A DNA stretch of 58,033 nucleotides, the filler included, from Asterionella formosa (taxonomy: Eukaryota): NCBI GenBank assembly GCA_002256025.1. It is 7 parts of 7 records of this genome, joined end to end, with 100 filler letters (N's around TTAATTAATTAA, not from the genome) between each part and the next. Parts side by side here need not be neighbours in the genome. Positions count along the whole stretch, not along the records: positions 24,919 to 33,124 come from NKIB01012302.1; positions 33,225 to 41,429 come from NKIB01012303.1; 5 more parts are not named here. One strand, written 5' to 3'. Below are positions 25,354 through 38,548 of the stretch, one piece after another. Numbering within the stretch: the first letter of the stretch is position 1; every line of letters starts with the position of its first letter. The notes beneath the pieces were generated by a model. It was not told where the DNA came from. It did not search any database and saw nothing but the letters and a program-made list of their open reading frames with translations. The position numbers and the translations under genes are program-made.

Positions 25354-28325
25354 TCACTCAAATTTACGAAACACCACTTCATCGGGCATGTTGATCAACC
25401 AGGGATGCTGCAATACCATTTCAATCGACAGCCTATCATCTGGATTCGGGTTCAACATCGCGACAATCAAATCTCGTGATTCCTTACTCGACTCGGCAGG
25501 AAAGAACCAATGAGGACCAAGCTGGTCGATTTCATCAGCTTCAGAAATGTATGGATTCAAGGCCGCAAGGCCAGTGACCCGGCGGGAACCGCTGACGCGA
25601 GCTTCATCATACCACTTACGGAAAGATTGGTAGCGAGGGCAACGGAGTAGGTCTTCACCGAAAGGAAGGGATCGAAAAAGCATGGCGTAGAGAATGACAC
25701 CGGCACTCCACACATCTGCTTTGGTTCCATCGTAGCCACATTTTTTATTTTTGTCTGATTGCATAATGATTTCAGGAGCCACATAGTGAGGAGATCCAAC
25801 CACCGACGTCATGCGTCGAAGGGCAACATTTGAAATCTCTTCCTCAATAAGGTCATCGTTAGGGGCGCACCAATTAACGTCGTCCACGGCTCCACACGTG
25901 AGGAATGTAAGAGCAGTGGCACCGAGAGCTGACATGCTAGACTGGAATGAATTGGAACGTGTATGACGATCATCTTCCATGTCGGCTGGACTGAACGTAT
26001 CAATTGTCGCCAAGGAAACATCGCCGCGTCCTGACATTCGATTAGGTGAATTAATCGGGGAAACCATTGGTGACGCCAACGAGTCCACAATAGACCCTTG
26101 GTCTCTGTCCCCCACGCCGAAAACGGCCGATAACCCAAAGTCAGCAATTTTCAAAGTACTCTCCTTTCCGGGTCCATTGTGTACCAACAAATTCTCAGGT
26201 TTTAGATCTCGGTGCGCGATTCCATGGAGGTGACAGTAGTATATACCACTGGCCAACTCCTGGAAGAACTTCCGCATAGCTTTTTCACTCCCAGCATCAT
26301 CCCAGCCTCTCTTCGCAGCATTGGCTCCATTACTGATCAAATCAAAAAGTTCCCCACCTCGCACTAGCTCCAAAACAAGAAACATAGTAGACTTAGATTC
26401 CTGAATGAACTCCAAGACCTCGTATAGGTGGACAACATTGCGATGACGACCAATTAGCATCATGTTTCGGATTTCCTTGGTTGCTGCTCGTCGCTGTCGA
26501 AGCCACCTTAGATACTTAGGAGGAACAGCGGGGAGAGCAATGTAGACATTGAGTGGTTCGCAAAATACTGTCGACCGCTCTTCAGCGACTGCTCGGAACA
26601 ACCCCCTGAAACAAAGAAACCGCATTGGATAAGTGAGTCGACGTCATAAATAGTGCAGCGACCAAGTATACTTTCGTTGAAATATAAAATAATGCACTTA
26701 CGTTCTCTCTTTATCAAGTGGCACATTGCCAGAAATGGTGGAAAATTCGTTTTCGGAACCTGTGAACGACGTTGCAGTTGTTTGTCTCGAAGGCGGAATC
26801 AAGAGAGGTGGTTGTCCCGCATTAATTCGTTCAATCGCCTCGATCATGCCTTCAAACTCCGCATTAGTTGCTCCGAACGGAACGTGACCCCAAACTTCAA
26901 TACATCGTGTGAGGGGCAATTCCTTAAGTTGACCCAAACTATCCATGTAGGCGGCCACTAAGGAAAGTCGCAATCCCTTGTCGGGTGTTCCTCGATCCAC
27001 ATCTCTCGTCTTTTTCACATTTTCATCTTTGCTCTTTTGATTGTACCTCTGCAGCGTCTGCAGATTCCTCGATGACGGATTGACCAACCACCAAACATGC
27101 ATTTCTTGCATCGCTTGTTGTCCCATTTGCATCTCCTTAGTCATTGGCTTTCCTTCTCTGACGACGACAGCTCCTTGCGTTTGCTCCGGTGCCATTAGAC
27201 GAAATCCCACTGGATTCAAAATTTTGACCGCCACCGTTTCTTCCATAAACCACTTCGATGCCGAAGCAGCAGCCAGTGCCGCGGCTGTGGAGCGACTGGG
27301 AGCATCAGCGCGGTCCACCAATACGACATTGACTCCGTCGTCTGCGGTGGCTTCAATCGCACATTCTTCCGTGGCCATTTTGTCTTTGAGTGAGGCCGTG
27401 TCGTCCGTGGGAGCAGTAACGGCGGAAATCGTGCTTCCATGCTGCTTCATGGCGGAAGTTTCTTGCAGGACGGAGCTCGCGTCCAAACACGAAAAGGTAG
27501 ACCGATGTGGCTGCAGTGGCAATGCTGATAAGAAGCTATCTGCGACAATTCCGTTTCTGACGGGGTATTGATCCAAAGGGAGCAATCGATTCCCTTCGTA
27601 CACTACGCCGGCGACGCCTCCGCCTAGATAATTACCCAATTCGTAGGTTGGCTTGCCTGTCGGGGGTCGTATGGGTGTCCTAGTTAGCTGGTGCAAGTGT
27701 GGTAGCGGTGTGTGTGTGTGTTTGCGGATGCAAAAGGTACGTACCATCAATGATAATCACTGATCCGTCGTAGGAGTCAACGTTACGGCAAAATCCATCT
27801 CGCTCCTTCACGAGTTGCTTCTTCCGCATCAATTTAAGGCCGCGGCGTTCTTCAATAGCATCTTGCCACTCAAAGAGCGCGGACTTTTTCTCCTGTTGCA
27901 GTGGAATAGGTAGGAGCGGGAGTGTGTGAGTACGAATGTATTTAGTTAGTTCCAATGCCATTTGACCAAACTGAAACAGAGCAACAAACAGAACAAAGAA
28001 CAAGGAAAAGGCCAACCAAGTTGTTGCTGCTTACATCCCGATTGCCCATTTCTATCGTTTCGTCACCAGCACTTGTCGGTGTCTGCGGATTGGAAGGCGA
28101 TCCGTCGCTGGCCCCATCCTTTTTTGGCGTGATGGCCAGGAGATGCCGGAACCTTCCGCTTTTCTTTTGTTTGACTTTTGCGACAGAGTCGCTCTCCACT
28201 TCTTGCTGCGCTGGTGGCGTTTGTTCTTCGCCGCCGGGGGAACGACGACGACTCGAAAAGCGAGACTTCCAGCCTTTAGCAGAAGTTGTTGTGGGCATGG
28301 TGCGGTCTGAGAGAGGAGCGCCCAT
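25354..28325 (-). CDS. CAMK/SNF1-like Ser/Thr protein kinase with large insertions; predicted exons 28325-28035, 27892-27745, 27656-26702 and 26605-25354
   Basis: LGGGVAGVVY, VAVKIL, HRDLKPEN, DFG, GSPHYVAPE and DVWSAGV motifs. Three canonical GT-AG introns link four ORF-track segments in frame. Confidence 0.88.
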
Positions 28326-29315
28326 GGGGAACAGGCGTTTCAACGGCAAACAAGAGAGTGGGTACAGTACGTAATTAAATGAGGGAAAAGGAATCAATCG
28401 AAAGCGGGACCTTCAATCATGCCGGTCTTGTTATTTTGGCGGCAAATATTTTGACACTCCAATGGCACTCGCTAACTCTCCTCTTACTTAGAGATATTGA
28501 GGCAGTAAAGGCAGATTAAAAGATATACAGAGCATATATATTGGGCAGGTCGAGTGGGGAGGGCGAAAGTTAATGAAAGTCTCCAACCTTGAATACTATT
28601 AAGAAACGCTGAATAAATCCTCCGAGAAGCCCGTCAGGACTGGTCAAAGCGTCTGGCGGACTGTACGTGACCAATCATGAGCAACGGCCTGAGAAATCTC
28701 TGGAAGTCTTATTTATATGCATATACGATATACCGGTATTTGTAATATACCAGTAGATTTCTTGGACATTACCAGGTACCAGGTACCTCTGGTAGGTGTA
28801 CTCAGCAATACCTGCCGGGTATGATAATTTATTTTTTTAATCGTCTGTTATAATCAAAGTTCTTGGACGGTGCGTAACAACAACGAGCCATGGCTGCTTG
28901 TTCTTTGGCTGCAACCGGAGCGGTTTGGTCTGGATTTGCGCTTGCACGTTGCTTTGTTTAGGTTACAGAATCAAAAGCCTGGAGGAAACGCAGCCTATAG
29001 AGCAAGAATGGGTGCCGAGCCCATCCTCAGACTTTCGCTCCTGCATGATGCTGGTCATTTATCACGTGAACGTTGATTCTGCGAGGGGACAGTACCATGG
29101 TCATTTTTCGGAATCCTTCGATTCCTAGTGCCTCGTGGTTTAGTACTCGTGGCCAGGACTCTTTGGATTTTCACAATGAGGAATGTTGTTTTGTATATCC
29201 AGCTTCGAGTTTGCTCTCCATGAACTTGTCCTTCACTCACCCATGCTGTCTTGCTTGATATGCAATCACAGCGCCGTCACTCGAACGCTATTTCCAACAA
29301 TACGATACAGTTGAA

Positions 29316-29893
<578 letters not shown>

Positions 29894-30338
29894 TTTAGTT
29901 ACTGCTGGGGTTCTTCAATTATTCTCTCTATAATAATAAAAGTGAGACCTATTTTTATTGACACATGAACACAGCAGTTCCAAATTGGTTAGAGCAAACA
30001 ACTCATGTCAGCTTTGCAGCAAAATAAGTAATATGCTGCTTGTTACAAAACGAAAAAATATCGAGAATCAGAACCATACTTTTCTCAACTATTTTCCTTT
30101 TTCCATCACTTGTTGTGCGATGCTTTTCAAGGTATCTTCCGTTCCGTATTCTAACACAGTACAGTGATACTCCGAGATATGGAAAGCAAACCCCACTGTC
30201 CTCCTTCGTCTTTACTATGATCTATATACTACTTGTAGTCTAGCCTATCGTCTCTTTACATCGTAACGAGAGCAATAGTAGCTGGTAGTGGCGCACTCCA
30301 TCATTTAATTGTATATAGAAATCATAATACTTAATTCT

Positions 30339-30975
30339 TTAAATTCCCCCCAATTGTCCATACCCTGGAATACGTTCAATTTTGGCAAAATCCCATTCTT
30401 TGTTACACAATGGACAAACACTGCGTGTTTTGAGCCAACGTTGGATACAATCCAAATGAAAGACATGACCACAGTTTCCAAAAGCAATAGATAAGCCATT
30501 ATCATTGGTTGGTGATGGATTGGCTTGATATTCAATGGATGGTTCATTCAATGAATTTCGACAAATGGCGCACTAATCATGAAGCGAGGAATGAAAAGTG
30601 GTACCAGAGTGAGTGACACTCATCTATAAAATAAACCCAAACACACACACACACACACTTGCACAAAAGAGACAAAACTCACGGTATCTGCACAAATATC
30701 CCAAGACCACATGGCAACAGCATTCCATTTCTTGATTTCAAACCTAGGAGCTGAGAGCGCTCCCTTGGTGCCAGCCTTGATGAGCTATCAGTCACACATA
30801 TGGCGGATACAACCAACAATTAGTGAGTGCGTGTGTTGGACATGTACATCGAACATAGAAACAAGCGAAACCCAGGCCATCATTGTGGCTCAATGTAACT
30901 TACTTCGGCATCTTCCGTGGCATCCTCCATGTCAACGTCCTTGCCAGCGGCTTCAGCTTCGTCGATATCACTCAT
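30339..30975 (-). CDS. RBX1: RING-box protein 1 (cullin-RING ligase subunit); exons 30975-30904, 30784-30683 and 30572-30339
   Basis: [27 protein letters not shown]...[25 protein letters not shown]; two canonical introns. Confidence 0.96.
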
Positions 30976-30976
30976 C

Positions 30977-31002
30977 GTTTGTTTGTTTGTTTGTTTGTTT
31001 GT
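30977..31002 (+). repeat. (GTTT)n microsatellite directly upstream of the RBX1 start codon; an (AC)n run lies at about 30641-30658 in an RBX1 intron
   Basis: Seen directly in the sequence. Confidence 0.9.
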
Positions 31003-33124
31003 AAATAATCAATTCTATAAAGTAGTACTTGCTGTAGTGGTTGGAGCGCTGGACAAATCAAATGGACTTGCTCCTATTTTCCGAGGAACAACGGACGAAA
31101 ATGAAGAGGGAGGAAGCGCGGGGAACTTGCAACAATAGATGGAAGGATGGAAGAGCTCATCGATATGAGCACTGAGGGTGTTTGGGAGAGGTGCTTTATA
31201 TGTACATGTAACATTTCATCATGCATCACACCGGTAGGTAGATACATACCGGTAGTTCACCAGTGGGGACATTATACATAGCTGTACTGTACATACTGCC
31301 AGGTAGGTACCGGTATACCGGCAGCTACCAGTATTTGAAGTCCGCCTGCACTTATGCACTCTGCTGCTTCGTCCATGGGAGTGAGATGTATGTGCCCGCA
31401 GCAAGAAGTTGCGATAATTTTGTTGAACCAAAGATTTTAGCTATCTTTGTCAAAGATTAAATTGTGTGCTACGGATTCGGTGGGTGGAACGAGAGTTCGA
31501 GTGGCGTACAGCCAAATTCCCCTACCGGTACCGGTATCGGCACTGTATGCCCTGATGCATACCGGTTGGCTAGTACGGTACCGGTACCTGGTAACCTGGT
31601 ACTACCTTGTGCTCGGAGTATACCGAGAAGTCTTGGTGATGATGGTGTTTTCCAGCAAGTATGGCTGGGTCCAGCACATCCTGAAACGACATTGTCTAGG
31701 GAACCACTGTTGCTACCAGTATAAACATAATTTTAGATTAAGTAAATATTTTATAAATAGTATTCATATGAATAAGTTTTATGTATACATTTATGTAATC
31801 ATCCTACCATCCAATCTTGTTGTTGTCTTGGTTGAGTTCATTCATGATGAACTTGAAATCAAAGTGCATTGCACAGCAAGCAATGGTTGTGAAATCATTT
31901 TTGTAGTTTCATCGTAACTGCTATAGGACCATATTTGAGGCATTCCTGTACAGTTTCAGTTCCAGATAGCTAGCCCACTATCAAGCTCAAGAGCTTTTGC
32001 ATGTGAATCCATTGGTCATACAGCTAAGCTGCATATTATGTGAAGTGACCATCATGTAAATAAGCCTAGTTGATTTTGAATGGATCACATGAAATAGTTG
32101 AATACATCAAAATGCCTTACTTGAATATATCTATATATTATCTGAATACATCATGTTAATTATTTGATCAGAGTATCATGCATGCATTCCTGATCATCAC
32201 TATATTACGTGATCACCTTCACATAATTATTTGAAATACTTCAATTAATTCTGTAATTTAGTTCACATTGCCTTATAATTTTGTTCACGTAATTCTATAA
32301 TATAGTTCACGTAATTTATTAAATTTGTTTACGTAATTTATAAGTACTATCTAATATGTTGATTTCTGATTCGACTGCCGGTAGCTATTTCACATTACAT
32401 GGGAAACAAATCTCGATATGCAATCAAACAAAGCAGTTCTTTCAGAATGGCATCTTTAGTCTTGAGAAGGCAGGCATTATGAGACGCCTGTAAGGACAAT
32501 GCAAGACAAACATAAGCTATTCATTCTGAATGAAAATAATTATTCATTCTTGAAGAGGCATCATGGTGCGAATTCGCAACAGGAATGTATCACACTGGCT
32601 TCCTTCTTGTCCTTGAAATGACTTCTTCATTGACCTGAAAATATTTACATAACAACAGTGTGTCAGTAATACATATGATAAAACTAGCAACAGCAGAAAG
32701 CAACACACACATGTGCTATTCAACTGTTTCATGGAGCAGTCAAATTGACAGCAAGACACCAGCATTAGCTAGTACCAGGCAGCACCGCAACTCACTGATG
32801 CATTCAAAAGAATGCTCCTGTTGTGAAATGGACAGCTAAAATGTAAAATAAATGTAGACAACAATAACATAACCATGTGATTTATCGCTCGCTTTGCTGA
32901 TGTGATGACAAAAACTGAGGATTAAGCTTACCTTAGTAAAATCTTCCACTGCGGGTCTCCATATTGCATCATTTCACCTTCTATCACTCGTCCTGCTTTC
33001 AAAAGAACACTGCTTTTCTGAAAAGGCCTGTTGAAATGTCGAATGAATGTTGAGAACAGCAGCATATCATTATGATTTATCCTTCGCTTGGTGATATGAT
33101 AGCAAAAATAGCAAGCAAATAAAT

Positions 33125-33224
33125 NNNNNNNNNNNNNNNNNNNNNNNNNNNNNNNNNNNNNNNNNNNNTTAATTAATTAANNNNNNNNNNNNNNNNNNNN
33201 NNNNNNNNNNNNNNNNNNNNNNNN
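33125..33224. other. Artificial scaffold spacer
   Basis: N44-TTAATTAATTAA-N44. Confidence 0.97.
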
Positions 33225-33638
33225 GTAAGTAATATAGTTTCTTGGTTTTCCTTGTTGCGTAATTCGAACTTCAGCCGCCGATGTTGGTTCCAAGAAATCA
33301 TCACCAGTGCCCTTATGCTCTTCTACAAGCCTATATTTCTCCATTTTGATTTGCAAGGTAATCCTATAAAATGGTTGTGATCCTGTTCTCTTTTACTACG
33401 TTGTCATCGCTCCAAGCATAAGGTCGATGGGGGTACAGGTCGTACGTGTATATCTGCACGGCTGAGGTGTATACCGTGCACGACCGGTAAAGGGAAACAT
33501 TGTATGTGTATATCCCTACCGGTATACATACAGCTGAGTGGCCGCTTCTGGGACTCGATTGGGTATAGCCATAGGAATTCATGGGAATTCACATTCAATC
33601 CTCACGCTTGTTCACGCGGCACAAAAGTATAGAGAGGT

Positions 33639-33689
33639 ACTGTAATTTGTGCTATAATATACACACTGTAATTTGTGCTATAATATACA
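33639..33689 (+). repeat. 26-bp-period tandem duplication of ACTGTAATTTGTGCTATAATATACA
   Basis: Two perfect copies, at 33639 and 33665. Confidence 0.9.
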
Positions 33690-33879
33690 TGGTAAGCAAG
33701 TGCAATGTTTTCTTGCCTTTTGTTGCTTGATACTACTGTTTGCTGTTGCTTGTTGTGGGTGGATCTCCTCTCCTATTCTCCTTTTTCTTTGTTCGGAATT
33801 GTTAGCACATGAATTGCTATTTGTAATGAACTATTAAAAGGGCTTGATTGTGTGCTTGTTACTTGCTTGTTGATCACGA

Positions 33880-34195
33880 ATTTACTCTGCAAACGCTGTT
33901 CTTTGTCTACAGACAATCAATCTGTTGAGCAAGAGATTTGTTGGGAATCAGGCTGCGGCATGGTAGCTAAGCACAACGAAAATGATGCCTTTGTAACAAT
34001 TGTTTGTTCATGAACTCACTCTGCAATTGTTGTTCACTGATTGCAGACAATCATATGATCAGGGCTGGGTTGGCCATTGGGGAACATGGTAAGGAGCACA
34101 GCAGAACCGAAATCATGGCTTCGTAACTTTTTTTCTCATCAACTCACTCTGCAAATGTTTCCCTCTTTCTACAAAAGACAATCAATCCGAGCAAT
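33880..34195 (+). repeat. Degenerate tandem repeat of about 130 bp (3 copies)
   Basis: ACTCTGCAA...AGACAATCA anchor at about 33884, 34018 and 34146. Confidence 0.65.
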
Positions 34196-34904
34196 GAGAA
34201 TGAGCAACCGGCTCATTTGCTATGAATTGATCTACTGGTAGTAGTAACAGGGATTCCTGCAAGTACTATGAGTAGCCAAGCAATCTTGCGATTAGTTACA
34301 GCATCCAGCTACAAGAATGAACATCCATTGCTTGTTGTATTGGTTTGAGAATCACGTTCTATAGAAAGTATCAATATAAACTATATAGCAAAGCGATTAA
34401 TTTGATTGATTTTGCGATTGTAGAATGAAATTGAAAAAATGAATTGGTTACTCATAATTATTTGTTTGACTAGCATATATATTTGTTTAACCTTGAGGTA
34501 TTAATGTGATCAAAGTAAAGATAAAATGGGAGCAAACAAACAGAATTAATGGTAGTCAGAGTGAAGAATATTTGTGAACGGAAATGTTGCGAATTGTAGA
34601 GAAAAGTACCGTATTATAGAGATTATTACTGAACAAATTTTTCTTCGTGTTGCCAGAAAATATTGTCAGTTGGCCCCAAAAATTATGTGGGTTTCTAAAA
34701 TAATTATGGCACCAGTTGTCGAAACTATTTTAGTTCACTCCGTCCATATATATTGTATGATGCATCATATTTTTTTGTGATGTCATACCCTTAAATTATG
34801 TACATAGCTAAATTCGTCATATTGGGCCACCCAAATAATTAATTTGGGTGATCATATTTGACTAGCGTTTTTTGTGGCGGCTGTACCAGTAATCGGCGTT
34901 GTAG

Positions 34905-35405
34905 ATGCAGAAGAACGGCGTTTGTGGTGAGGTCATTGGCCATGACCTCAGCGGCCACCTTTATGCCTGTCCAGTCCGTGCCCTCGCCCGCCGACTCGTG
35001 CACCTCCGTGAGGCCCACCAAGGGAGCCCCCTAACACCCCTCAATGCCTACCACCTTCATCACTCTTGGCACTATGTCACTGCACAGCACATCACCGACG
35101 CGCTCCGCACTTCCGCCACCGCCTTAGGGCCCACCCTGGGCTTCCTCTCCCTTGATGTCAGTGCACAGTCCCTACGCGCGGGCGGGGCCATGGCCCTTCT
35201 CTGCGCCTTTGTTAACTCTGATCGCATTCGCCTCATTGGCTGCTGGCGCTCTGATGAAATGCTCCAATACCTCCACCTCCAGGCCCAGCCCATCATGCGT
35301 GGTGGCCTGGCCCAAAAAATGATCAACGGCGGCCAGTACACCCTCATCCCTGGACAGGATGTACCCCCCGCTGCCCACCACATAGTCGCGTTGTCGCTAT
35401 ATTAA
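34905..35405 (+). mobile_element. C-terminal fragment of a tyrosine recombinase from a YR element (DIRS/Ngaro/Crypton-like)
   Basis: CPVRAL, SLRAGGAMALL, IRLIGCWRSD (GRW box) and catalytic Y in LQYLH. GC-rich island in AT-rich flanks; N-terminal part missing. Confidence 0.85.
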
Positions 35406-35818
35406 TGCCTCAGCTTCGACTCCTTCGACTCGATTGCGAGTTTATTTGTAGTAGGGGCTTGCTTCCTTGCATGAGCCTATCGCGTCAGTCCTTGTCTGTA
35501 ATACAAATTGTGCGTACATAATTATACTATATATTTTTTGTACCTAAAGCAAACATGTCCCAGCAACAATGGAAGCATCAATTTCTCGCCACATGATGAA
35601 TGTATGCCAACCCAGCCATGGTTGCCTTGACGTGAATGCTCTTGCCAACCCACAGGCGCATGATGGGCAGCTTGAATAAAAGTGGAATTAATAAAATTTA
35701 TTCATTAAATGTATAGCACAAACCCTTTAACAAAGCGACGAGGTGAATATCAAGGCGTTTGCGATAAAACAAAAGGACACTTTTCCCTCAAACAACCAAA
35801 TCATCAAACAAATCAAAC

Positions 35819-36953
35819 ATGGCGAGTTTCAGTGCCTCATACGCCAATACATACAATCAAGCTCCAATTAAAAATGATTTTGGCGTACAAGCAGAGCTAA
35901 TTAGAAGAGGGTGTTATTGCTGTCCTTATCACCGCGACATTCTGCTGTTCGAAAGGGGGAGGTTCAGGGGACATTGAAAGAAAGTGAAAGAGAGCTGCCC
36001 TAAATGTGATCTTAAGAATTACCAAGTTGACTCAATTATTACAAAGATGAAAAAGAATAAGAAGGCGGCTGACATTCAAGAGGAATGTCTCATCAACCTT
36101 CGTACTGTGGCTGCTATTAACAAGCAGGATGAGATTGCTAATGCTGGAGGTATCACTATGATTCTGGATACTATGAAGGAGCATTTTTCCATTGCTACTG
36201 TGCAAGAACATGGTCTTGAAGCACTTTGGAGTTTGGCTGTGAATAATGACCGCAACATTGAGGCAATTGTTTCAGCAGAAGGCATCAAAACAATTCTGTC
36301 TGCTATGACAAATCATTCACCTAGCTAGTGCTACTGTGCAGCAATATGGTTGTAGAGAACTTTTCAACTTGGCTGTGAATAACACAAACAGGTTTGTGAT
36401 GGCTGGAGCAGGAGGTATCAAACAAATTATTTTTGCTATGAAGAAGCATTTATCAAATGCTAATGTACATCAGTATGGTTGTGCAGCACTTGGGAACTTG
36501 GCTGTGAATGACAATAACAAGGATTTGATTGCTGACGAAGGAGGTATCACTATAATTCTGGATGCTATGGAGAAGCATTTATCCCATGCTACTGTGCAAG
36601 AATACGGTTTCACAGCACTGGAGAACCTGGCAATGAATGACAAAAACAAGGTGGCGATTGCTCAAGAAAGAGGTATCACTACAATGCTGTCTGCTATGAA
36701 GATTCATTCATCTGATAATATTGTACAACAGTATGGTCGTAAAGCACTTTCGATCTTAGCACCCTTTGAGACTGACAACAAGGTGGCGACTGCCATAGCT
36801 TGTGGAATAGTTGCAACGATTCTTTTATTCATATTTCTGTATTTGCTGAGAGCATGGCCAAAATTCCCATTCCATTTGTTGGGAATAACGTTTGCTACAG
36901 TCATGCACATGCAACTTTTTGTCCTTCAAACATTTGCAAACAAAAGCAAGTAG
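35819..36953 (+). pseudogene. Armadillo-repeat (aardvark-like) protein with an N-terminal Cys/His Zn-ribbon-like motif; disrupted
   Basis: ATG at 35819 is in frame with ORF 35984 through a TGA at 35975. Repeats read GGIxxILxAMxxHxSxAxVQxxGxxALxNLA. A 4-bp CTAG duplication at 36321-36328 causes a frameshift. Confidence 0.85.
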
Positions 36954-37416
36954 GCGATAGAAAATCATTGTAAAAAGAATGTTGATTTAGCAAGTGTTTT
37001 CTTAGCTAAACTAATATACAAATCTAGTTTGATGATAGCCCAGAGGCAGGAACTACCAAGTTCTTATGATGCACAAATGACACACAAAACCAGGATGAGT
37101 ATATTGTATGGTGACTTTAAAATAAAAAGGAAACACACAAATTCCCATTCCAATTGTCGGGAATAACGTTTGCTACAGTCATGTACATGCAACTTTTTCT
37201 CCTAAAACATTTGTAAACAAAAGCCAGTAGGCGATAGTAAATCATTGTAAAAAGAATGTTGATTTAGCATGTGTTTTCTTAGCTTATTTAATTTACAATC
37301 TATTGTGATGATAGCCCGGAGGCAGGAAGTAACAAATTCTTATGATGCACAAGTGACGCACAAAACCAGGATGAATACATTGCATGGTGACTTTAAAATA
37401 AATAGGAAACACACAA
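36861..37416 (+). repeat. About 278-bp tandem duplication (2 diverged copies)
   Basis: AAATTCCCATTCCA...GGAAACACACAA at 36861-37140 and 37139-37416. Confidence 0.9.
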
Positions 37417-38548
37417 CACCCAACCCCAATGGGTAGGGGGGACCGGTACTGCTGGCAACTGACTTTCCTTTGCAGGATGGTACTGCTGGCAATGGGCTCC
37501 TTGATTACCTTTTTGTTGAACATTTCCACTGACCTGCTGCTAACATCATGTTGTTTAACCTCACTCATTTACAGAATATTAGAGGACAAGACCAGATGAC
37601 CACTGAAGATCTGACCAAGAAGCATGCGAGTAAAAAATCTCCAACCTCATTGCTGCAACCCGCCTGGGGATCGATCTCAAGAGTAAACCACGCAGGGCAT
37701 AGGATGATTTTCTTAGAATACTAGATGCCTGGTGGGGGAATGGGTTAGTGGTTAGCACACCTTCTGTGGTGGGGTGTCAGATTCCTGCATTCTCTAACTT
37801 TCTTTTTCCTTTTTCATGTAGTCCATACTAGGGCTCCAGGGGGGAGGCTGATAAACAGAAAGGTCCCATTGTACAAATATGGACAAACAAAACCAAAAAT
37901 TAATTGTTTCCATTGAAAATGTGGGCACAATCCGATTATTGGATAGCTATAACAAACCATGAGCTATAATTTCGATTTTATTTTAGAATCCTGGATGTCT
38001 GTGGAACCCAGTACTTTAATAGTAACTTGGGAAAATCTTTACCGTCATTGAAACTAAGACACCGGAGTTCATCCATGAACTTCAGCCAGAGGCGGACATG
38101 GTAGTAGTCACCCTAGCGAACTAGTAACTCACGAAGAAAGAAGGAGATGACCCTCCAACAAGAAAACCTTATGAAGTATTACAAAAAGGGTATTCCAGAC
38201 CGGAAATTCCACTACAAGCAATCCTACTAGTCCAGTTGTTGGCCCACTTCAAAGTTTCTCAGGAAATGACTACAAATGGTTGACCAGGCGTGACCAGAGC
38301 AAGGGTAATTTTTTCTGCTCGCATCTCTTGGGTGTTATTAAATCCCCAGAGTAGGTCCAAGCCCATCCACAGGAAAACGATTTTTTCACATTTAAGATTT
38401 AAAGTACACTCAAACTACTTAAAAATTGCACCTGTGCCTTGATAGACACCATACCACAATTATTTCTGTTTCTTCCGAACCCTGGGGTGCCATCCGTGGT
38501 TTCGTTGCAATAATGGAGCAAGGCAAAGTCGGGCTCAATCGATGGTTC

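Noticed and set aside
32540..33030. Minus-strand exon-like pieces with splice signals
   Set aside because: In-frame stops and no recognisable homology.
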